Shown: positions 36,201 to 41,464 of the stretch, one piece after another
How the letters are laid out: each line of letters starts with the position of its first letter
How positions within the stretch are numbered: the first letter of the stretch is position 1
DNA from: Comamonadaceae bacterium
GTDB taxonomy: Bacteria; Pseudomonadota; Gammaproteobacteria; Burkholderiales; Burkholderiaceae_C
Direction of reading: 5' to 3'
Length of the DNA: 41,464 nucleotides
NCBI GenBank assembly: GCA_027490555.1
Contig: JAIXXW010000300.1
Location: 1 to 41,464, forward strand
The notes under the pieces: model-generated
Database searches by the model: none
Told to the model about the DNA's origin: nothing
Seen by the model: the letters and a program-made list of their open reading frames with translations, nothing else
Made by a program: the position numbers and the translations under genes

Positions 36201-39200
36201 GCCTACAGCGACAGGACATGTCACTTTTGCTGCAGACTCCATGCAGTTTGTCAACACATCTGCTTCGCACATGAAAGCGGCTTCGAAAGGTGAATTGCGA
36301 ATCCACACACTGAATGCGGGTACGGCCATTGAAATTGGTGCCACAACCGGTGAGCTTGCCACAGCGCAAAATTCGCCGACGCAGTACTTGGGCAGTAATT
36401 GGTTCAATGGCACGCCCAATGCCATTTTCCAGCCAGGTTTCCGCGATGTGGTCATTGGCAATGCCCGATCCGGTGTGGACCATGAAAATGCCGAGGTCGC
36501 CACCGTCGGGTCCACCTCCACCATGAAGGTCACTGCAGCCACGACTTTCCGCGACAACCTTGTCCTGGACATGAGTGGTACAGGAGGTCGATTCGAGCTG
36601 GGTGCCAACGCGCCGCTGACAGTCTCGGCCAGCGCGGTGGGCACCCAAGGCAAGCCCAACAGCGACGGCCGTTCCTTGACGATTCAAACCCAAGCGGGAG
36701 CGACTGCCACACAGTCATTGTTGACCGTTGACCAGCTGCAAATTCTGGGTTCTGGTCCCCAAAACTTCAACAGGGCGGATGGCCATCAAATCAACACCTT
36801 GGCTGCACGTTTGACTGCTGGTGATTTGACCTTGAACAACAACCAGGATCTGACGGTGGGTTCGGTCAGTGTTTTTGGTGGACAGAATGACCTGCCGGTT
36901 GCGCACAACCAGAAAAACACATGGATGGACACGGTTGCTCGGGGCGCTAAAGGCCCTGGAGCCAGAACCGAATTGGTGGGCGCCAGTACCACGGTGCCCA
37001 CTGTGGGTATCGCTACGCCAGGCAATGTGGTCCTGAATTCTGAAAACGCCCATCTGACACAGACAGCTGCTGGTGGAATTCGTGCCAACCAACTCACTGC
37101 AACGGCCGCCACGTATGTGGACTTCTTCAAAGCAGATGGGGTAGGAACTCAATTCGAGGCCAACAATGTGGTCCATTTGGCTGGCGTTTCCAACAAAGGT
37201 GACTTTGCCTGGAAAGACATCAATGGTTTCAATGTGGAGAGACTCTCCACCTTGTCTACCCAAGGCGTGATCGCGCGCCCAGACGGTGCGCAGGGGCACA
37301 CTATCGATTTGCAAGCCTTGTCGGGTGACATCACTCAAAGTGCAAGTTTGCAAGCTCAAAACCTTCGCGCTCAAGCACAAAACAATGTGACCTTGTCCAA
37401 TGTGGGCAACCTCATTGACAACATCTCTGGGCAAGCAACCGTAGGCTCATTTGCCTATACGGATGCGGATTCTTTGAGAGTGGACTCGACCAAAGCAACC
37501 CGTTCTGCTGGCGTGGCAACGGATGGCGTGACAGCTGCTGTCACCATCGATCTGCGCTCGGTGGACGGTGCTTTGAGCCAGACTTCCGCTGGGCGTCTGC
37601 AGTCGGCGAATCTGCACGCCAGAGCTGCCACGGGTGTGGTGTGGGATACGGCGACCAACAACAACGTCACCAACATTTCAGGATCGGTGACAGGTGTTGG
37701 TGATTTTGTTTACAAAGACACCACTGGGTTGACTGTCGGAACGGTTGCCGGTGTGGCTGGTTTGACTGTCGCCCAAGGCAATGTGAGTCTGGTCTCTGGG
37801 GGGGTGTTGAACCAGACAGAGTCAGGTGTCATCGAAACTCGAGGTTTGCGTGCCCTGGCTACCTCTAGCGTCGACCTGGACAGTGCTGTCAACAAGGTGC
37901 AGACATTGGCTGGTCAAAGCACGGCCGACAACTTTGTCTTTAAAAATGCCGGCGGTTTCCTTGTGGGCACGGTGAAGGCGGATGCTGATCGCGTGGGCAG
38001 CGAAGGCATCTCCGCAGCCAATCAGGTGGACTTGCAGGCCAATGCCAGCAATATTGCTCAATCGGCAGCTGGTGGCATCACAGGTGCTTCTTTGCGTGCC
38101 GTTGCTCCTGGCGGCGTGTGGTTGGCGACTGCAGACGACAACAACGTTGCACAAATTGCCGGTCAGGCAAGTGCAGGCCATTTTGCCTTCAAGGATTCAG
38201 TCGGTGATCTCAATGTGAATGTGGCGGGTGTCAGAACCATCAGCAATGGTGTCTCGGCCAGGGATACGGTGGACCTGAACGTGGTGGGCGGTGCCTTGAG
38301 TCAAGGCCAATCGATCACGGGCAATGCGCTTCGCGCCCAGGCCAGTGGCCATGTCACGCTGAGCAATGCCAACAACCACGTGAACCTGTTGGCGGGTCGA
38401 TCCACCAGCGGTGACTTCTCCTATGTCGATTCAGGTTCTGTGTCTGTGGCGACCATTGCGGCTGCCCAGGATGGCCAGGTGCTGACAGCAGGTATCCAGG
38501 CCACATCGGCAGGGAAAACGGTGCATCTGGTAACAGCCAATCGGCTGGACCAGGAGGCCGGGGCTTCTGTCAAGGCGCCGAATGCGCTGTTGAATGCTGC
38601 CGTGGTCAACTTGAACGAGCGCAACAACGAAGTCAGCGTTTTGGCAGGTCGTTCCGATGGCAACTTCACCTTCTACAACACAAGCGATTTGTCCGTCGGC
38701 ACAGTGAAGACAGCCGCTGGCGTTGATCGCCGGGCTCCTGCCAGCACCGCGCTGGCCAAGGTCGATATCCAGACGCGTGGCAATTTGACGTTGAACGCTC
38801 AGGTTACAGGCCGTGCTGAAGGCAACGAGGCTCTGGACGAGGCTGTGGTCTTGCGTGCGGAAAAGCGTTTCCTGAACGAAACTTCGCTGCGCGACCAGGC
38901 CATCGTGGCCCATGATGGTCGCTGGTTGGTGTATGACAACAACCCCTTGTTGCTCAACAAAGACATGAATGGTCTGGCTTCTGAAACCTTCAATGTGACT
39001 TCAGACCGTGACTTCTTGTTGATCAACACACGTTTCCAAGACTACCCTCCAGCGGCTGTCTATGCCAGGGGCAATGGTTACATCACCACAGCCCAGGCAT
39101 TGAATCCCGAGGATGTGACGCGTGTGACCCAAGGTCATCAGAGCACGGCCCTGGGTCAGCAGACGCGTGAGGTCACGCCAGACCAGATTGAGCGCATGAG

Positions 39201-39528
39201 CAAGATGAACCAGTTGACGGGCGTGACACCATCCGTGTTCACAAGTCCACGTGGCTCTTTTGCCATGATCTCCTCGAGTACTGCAGTGCCTTTGCGTGTG
39301 GCGGTGCCGATGGGCCGTGCGTTCAAGCTGGATTTGCGTGACTTGGTGGGGCAGGGCCGTTTGAGCAGCATTGCTGCAGCGGACGGCTCGGCCACACCTT
39401 GGGTTTCGGCTGCAGGTCAAGCCGAGTTGATCGGCACGGCACCGCGGGCGACCGAACTGGTGCTTTCCATCACAGACCCTGGTCAAACCCAGCCTCGCAG
39501 AATCCGTTTGCAGTTGCAGGCGCTCTGA
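33238..39528 (+). CDS. TpsA filamentous hemagglutinin-like exoprotein (2096 aa)
   Basis: Signal peptide ending VHA-Q. TPS domain ALPTGAQVVHG...NWQNFDIG...QPSAASVALNRVTG...NANGRVFLVNPNGILFG (NPNG at 33622-33633); G/N/T/A-rich beta-helix; directly downstream of TpsB. Start may be ATG 33262. Confidence 0.93.
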   Translation: MNTQSGNSMKSKQFKRVAGQSFALTTVATVVTALFSPVHAQPAANALPTGAQVVHGSAAINTIGASMQIQQNSAKLITNWQNFDIGSAAKVEFVQPSAASVALNRVTGSDAASQIFGVLNANGRVFLVNPNGILFGATARIDAGALVASTLNIRDQDFLSGQYQFDLNNPVGQVKNFGELVAKQGGFVALMGAQVDNAGRVVATGGQAALAAGQSVRMQIGETGLLGMDVVAGQANTQVSNSGAVIAHGGNVLMSAQSAAGLMSGAVNLTGLVQASRIDGQGGHVRLDGGDVTVTGTGRIEATGQGTDVTLWAERNTRMDGTINALGGKVDTSSKGELGIRGTVNAPEWVLDPLTLTVVNTVPSSGNDINVDFFVAASSIQNYLNGGANPGNTTQGVPATVVVGFNDTAPRTLSLLATNQININADISKTAGGDATLVMGTQGGGNAVNITVNNPISSIAGRLNLQFGASPSDNLGRATINAPLATNGGTVTFNKDAVLAHATPISTKITENSSAQSGSIIFEKNAFLAAPGYAVSLDTQGPQSGGSYTGKGGNIQFKADILSAQPTNLPQYAQALTLDTTGYNSAAPLTGPGNIILGTSATNVVGGSNLSAGSVNALKSLTLLGDTVIDLNASTVNIVSSNGDVITGSSRLGTPTLQLNADNTTINVFGDRQGNLAGNVAGYTDYVQSTFDIAGGKTTAQTLTVNSDRAIKMVNRSITAGGAGGLDVNLNPNQGNGSGVGGVAMTNASVNTRGGDFIVAGAEGNGGDVQLLTDGFYASNSQIRTEGGALRITAEAPTDTAAGSAIRLTGASTVLSSGAGNMTLVGSVNNFAGSGNKDAVVIGEGGNARVTLTATTGEISITGNASGVGSGDLVTGGSRYNGVVISSKALIETTGVGAGNITIVGTGGGGDKVFIAENHGVRFADADTSVVSTTGNIAIVGASGGKTKGTSGTNSFGIYAEGQNIYVGSGSGAYETSGTNIGLLKQAGPTATGHVTFAADSMQFVNTSASHMKAASKGELRIHTLNAGTAIEIGATTGELATAQNSPTQYLGSNWFNGTPNAIFQPGFRDVVIGNARSGVDHENAEVATVGSTSTMKVTAATTFRDNLVLDMSGTGGRFELGANAPLTVSASAVGTQGKPNSDGRSLTIQTQAGATATQSLLTVDQLQILGSGPQNFNRADGHQINTLAARLTAGDLTLNNNQDLTVGSVSVFGGQNDLPVAHNQKNTWMDTVARGAKGPGARTELVGASTTVPTVGIATPGNVVLNSENAHLTQTAAGGIRANQLTATAATYVDFFKADGVGTQFEANNVVHLAGVSNKGDFAWKDINGFNVERLSTLSTQGVIARPDGAQGHTIDLQALSGDITQSASLQAQNLRAQAQNNVTLSNVGNLIDNISGQATVGSFAYTDADSLRVDSTKATRSAGVATDGVTAAVTIDLRSVDGALSQTSAGRLQSANLHARAATGVVWDTATNNNVTNISGSVTGVGDFVYKDTTGLTVGTVAGVAGLTVAQGNVSLVSGGVLNQTESGVIETRGLRALATSSVDLDSAVNKVQTLAGQSTADNFVFKNAGGFLVGTVKADADRVGSEGISAANQVDLQANASNIAQSAAGGITGASLRAVAPGGVWLATADDNNVAQIAGQASAGHFAFKDSVGDLNVNVAGVRTISNGVSARDTVDLNVVGGALSQGQSITGNALRAQASGHVTLSNANNHVNLLAGRSTSGDFSYVDSGSVSVATIAAAQDGQVLTAGIQATSAGKTVHLVTANRLDQEAGASVKAPNALLNAAVVNLNERNNEVSVLAGRSDGNFTFYNTSDLSVGTVKTAAGVDRRAPASTALAKVDIQTRGNLTLNAQVTGRAEGNEALDEAVVLRAEKRFLNETSLRDQAIVAHDGRWLVYDNNPLLLNKDMNGLASETFNVTSDRDFLLINTRFQDYPPAAVYARGNGYITTAQALNPEDVTRVTQGHQSTALGQQTREVTPDQIERMSKMNQLTGVTPSVFTSPRGSFAMISSSTAVPLRVAVPMGRAFKLDLRDLVGQGRLSSIAAADGSATPWVSAAGQAELIGTAPRATELVLSITDPGQTQPRRIRLQLQAL

Positions 39529-39532
39529 TATG

Positions 39533-39569
39533 TCCAATGCCGCTCCTCTCTATGGGGAGCGGTATTGGA
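39533..39569. terminator. GC-rich hairpin immediately after the tpsA stop
   Basis: tccaatgccgctcc (39533-39546) pairs with ggagcggtattgga (39556-39569), one G-U. No U-tract, so it may be a stabiliser rather than a terminator. Confidence 0.6.
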
Positions 39570-39571
39570 TT

Positions 39572-39607
39572 CATAAAAAATGCCACCTTGGGGTGGCATT
39601 TTTTATG
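39572..39607. terminator. Bidirectional rho-independent terminator
   Basis: Perfect 16-bp inverted repeat cataaaaaatgccacc-ttgg-ggtggcattttttatg with A6/T6 tracts, between convergent genes. Confidence 0.9.
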
Positions 39608-39624
39608 GGTGGCAGATGTTGAAT

Positions 39625-39981
39625 TTATTCAGTTGTTGGCCCGGTGATGGAGCCGTCATTCGTTCCGTGGGGCTGCGTGGACTGCCAGTAACTCAGCTGG
39701 ATTGGCCGCACGAGTGAATACAGCCACAGACCCAATGCCACCAGGCTTCCGAAAAACGCAGTCAGCAGCAGGGCCATCATCAAACCCACCAGGGGCGATA
39801 ACAGCAATCCGGACCAGCCTGTGAGTGCGTGTCCATTCATCTTCACGGCGCCCATGCCAAAAGTGGATAAAACTCCCATGAGCGTCATCAATGGCACCAA
39901 TGAGCACACGGTGCCGCATGCGACGAGTTTGTAAACAGAGCTGGTGGAAAGTTGACGGACTGAATGGCTGTGGAAGGTCAT
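39625..39981 (-). CDS. Small hypothetical membrane protein (2 TM)
   Basis: From ATG 39981 (MTFHSHSVRQLSTSSVYKL...); two long hydrophobic segments (LVACGTVCSLVPLMTLMGVLSTF; LLLSPLVGLMMALLLTAFFGSLVALGLWLY). Converges on the terminator. Confidence 0.75.
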   Translation of the reverse strand: MTFHSHSVRQLSTSSVYKLVACGTVCSLVPLMTLMGVLSTFGMGAVKMNGHALTGWSGLLLSPLVGLMMALLLTAFFGSLVALGLWLYSLVRPIQLSYWQSTQPHGTNDGSITGPTTE

Positions 39982-40108
39982 GGTGTCAGCCTGGTGAGGT
40001 GTTGGATGAATGTTCCACAATTTAAGCATTGTTTGGCTTGCAAAATGGTATGTGGATATATTTCAAATTGATTTTATCTTTGAGTGATATTTTTATCGTT
40101 TTGGAAAC

Positions 40109-40312
40109 ATGGAATCTGCCAAGTCGTCGACATGCTCTCAATGCCATTTCTTGATCAGAAATGATGAACCTCAGGATGTACTTCGGTGTGGATATGTTTA
40201 TTTGAGCTTGCCCGCAGGCCAGCGTCGGCCAGGTCGACTGGATACCTATCCGGTGGTGAATGCAGAAGATTCCTGTGATCAATGGCGTGCGTGGGACAGT
40301 CCGCGCAGTTGA
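40109..40312 (+). CDS. Small hypothetical four-cysteine protein (possible metal/Fe-S binding)
   Basis: 67 aa with CSQC-x14-C-x28-C-x2-W and YPVV before the last Cys. Fills the gap after an AT-rich patch and ends just before the convergent gntR stop. Confidence 0.5.
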   Translation: MESAKSSTCSQCHFLIRNDEPQDVLRCGYVYLSLPAGQRRPGRLDTYPVVNAEDSCDQWRAWDSPRS

Positions 40313-40324
40313 CAGCTTGGGTTC

Positions 40325-41047
40325 TCAAAGCCCCGCCAGGGGGCTGCTGCTGTCGATGTTGCTCAGCAGGCGCTCGCGCCCTTTGAGCACATGCCGCTCG
40401 GCGGTGGATTTGGCCTTGGCTTTGGAGCCTTTGACGATCGCCTCGTACAAGGTGCGGTGCTCGGCATTGGACTGGCGCATATTGCCCGGGGCGTTGAAAT
40501 ACTCGCGCCGGAAGAGGTGCATTTCCTTGATGATGTCGTCATACGCGGCCTGGGCCCTCTGGTTGTGCGCCAGCACCAGCACCAGGGCATGGAACTTCAG
40601 GTTCAGCTCGTAATAGAGGTTGGCGTTTTCGGTCTCGCAGGCCACATCCATGGCGTCCAGCAGGGCCTCGAATTGCTGCTTGTGGCTTTCGGTCACGTGG
40701 TCGGTGGCGCGTTCTGCAGCATAACCAAACACCAGCGCCCGCAGGTCGTAGAGCTCCAGCATTTCGCGCACCGACATCTGGCGTACAAACACCCCCCGGT
40801 TGAGCACGGCCTTGACCAGGCCCAGGCCGGTGAGCATGCGGATGGCTTCGCGCACCGGGCCCCGGCTGGTGCCCATGCGCAGGGCCAAGGCGGCTTCGTT
40901 CAGGCGCTCACCGGGCTTGAGCTCGCCGCTGTAAATCAGTTGTTTGAGTTGATCGGCCACAAAAGCGGGCAAACCCTGCTCGGGCCTTTCTAGGGGGGCG
41001 TTCATGGTCAATGGCGGTGGCTGGTCTGGTCTGTTCTGGGCGGTCAT
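40325..41047 (-). CDS. GntR-family (FadR/FCD) transcriptional regulator
   Basis: wHTH LKQLIYSGELKPGERLNEAALALRMGTSRGPVREAI...LNRGVFV; FCD domain ELYDLRAL...NLKFHAL...SNAEHRTLYEAI...H. Start may be 41005. Confidence 0.93.
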   Translation of the reverse strand: MTAQNRPDQPPPLTMNAPLERPEQGLPAFVADQLKQLIYSGELKPGERLNEAALALRMGTSRGPVREAIRMLTGLGLVKAVLNRGVFVRQMSVREMLELYDLRALVFGYAAERATDHVTESHKQQFEALLDAMDVACETENANLYYELNLKFHALVLVLAHNQRAQAAYDDIIKEMHLFRREYFNAPGNMRQSNAEHRTLYEAIVKGSKAKAKSTAERHVLKGRERLLSNIDSSSPLAGL

Positions 41048-41115
41048 GGGCCGAAGGCGGCCGCAAAGGCTTGCATTGATCCTAACTGAAGATGGCCGAA
41101 ATCATGCCTTGGGCG

Positions 41116-41178
41116 TCGCCAAAGTGTCAACAATATCGCCAAAGTGTTGACACTTTGAGGGTCGTCGTTCACACTTTG
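41116..41178. promoter_or_regulatory. Probable GntR operator array overlapping a TTGACA -35 element
   Basis: Direct repeat tcgccaaagtgt at 41116 and 41136; 13-bp inverted repeat caaagtgtcaaca (41120-41132) / tgttgacactttg (41145-41157); palindrome caaagtgt-tg-acactttg (41140-41157); extra acactttg at 41171-41178; TTGACA at 41147-41152. Confidence 0.7.
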
Positions 41179-41237
41179 CGTCCATTCGCCGGTGCATGCA
41201 TTGGCGCTGTACCTGCCCTTTTTGTTCGGAACTGCCC

Positions 41238-41464
41238 ATGCCGCACCAACCCGCCTCTGCCGCGCTGTCCCGTTTTCGGGTGATCGATTTGACCCAGGTG
41301 CGCGCCGGCCCCACGGCTTGCCGCCAACTGGCCGATTGGGGGGCGGACGTGGTGCAGGTGCAGATGCCCGAGCACATGCGCGGCGACGACACCCTGGGTG
41401 GGCAAGAGGGCTCGGACTACCAGTACACCCACCGCAACAAGCGCTCGATCACCCTCAACCTGAA
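41238..41464 (+). CDS. CaiB/BaiF (family III) CoA-transferase, 5' part (runs off window)
   Basis: MPHQPASAALSRFRVIDLTQVRAGPTACRQLADWGADVVQV...HRNKRSITLNL, the typical family III N-terminus (RVxDL...AGP...LADxGAxV...NKRSIxLxL). Confidence 0.92.
   Translation, partial: MPHQPASAALSRFRVIDLTQVRAGPTACRQLADWGADVVQVQMPEHMRGDDTLGGQEGSDYQYTHRNKRSITLNL

Noticed and set aside
33238-39981. CDI toxin-immunity interpretation of tpsBA plus the small downstream gene
   Set aside because: No VENN/pre-toxin motif or toxin-like C-terminus; the small gene is on the opposite strand beyond a terminator.
40260-41432. ORFs 40260-40613, 40391-40993, 41092-41283, 41102-41392, 41169-41432
   Set aside because: Overlap gntR, its operator region or the CoA-transferase in other frames; no coding signal.
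1-41464. Mobile element, tRNA or rRNA genes
   Set aside because: No integrase, transposase, terminal repeats or structured RNA gene recognised by eye; island status rests only on composition shifts and is unproven.

Overview
High-GC, probably betaproteobacterial (Comamonadaceae-like, inferred from protein style and gene content) chromosomal window. It is dominated by a ~38.5 kb co-directional + strand cluster (976-39528) for cell-surface protein export. In order: a TolC-family channel with a long, apparently triple AMIN-like N-terminal extension; a ~6,856-aa giant protein (basic LEPR-XLL leader, DUF4347, repeated uncharacterised domains, very acidic core with VNTRs and EF-hand/dockerin-like loops, RTX-like repeats, VCBS domains, twin QRIQW C-terminus); a DUF3467 protein; a GAF-MFP fusion; a PqqD-like/M50 metalloprotease/MFP fusion; a C-terminally truncated accessory SecA; a soluble MFP; and a TpsB/TpsA two-partner secretion pair, closed by tandem hairpins. 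The cluster has TolC and three adaptor (MFP) proteins but no ABC or RND transporter. The best hypothesis is a non-canonical T1SS-like machine energised by a SecA paralogue and processing a leader with an M50 protease. Left flank: the 3' end of a canonical HlyD gene and a divergent orphan OmpR-type regulator. Right flank: two small genes around an AT-rich patch, a GntR regulator, its likely operator, and the start of a CaiB/BaiF CoA-transferase. All family assignments are by eye from motifs; no searches were run.
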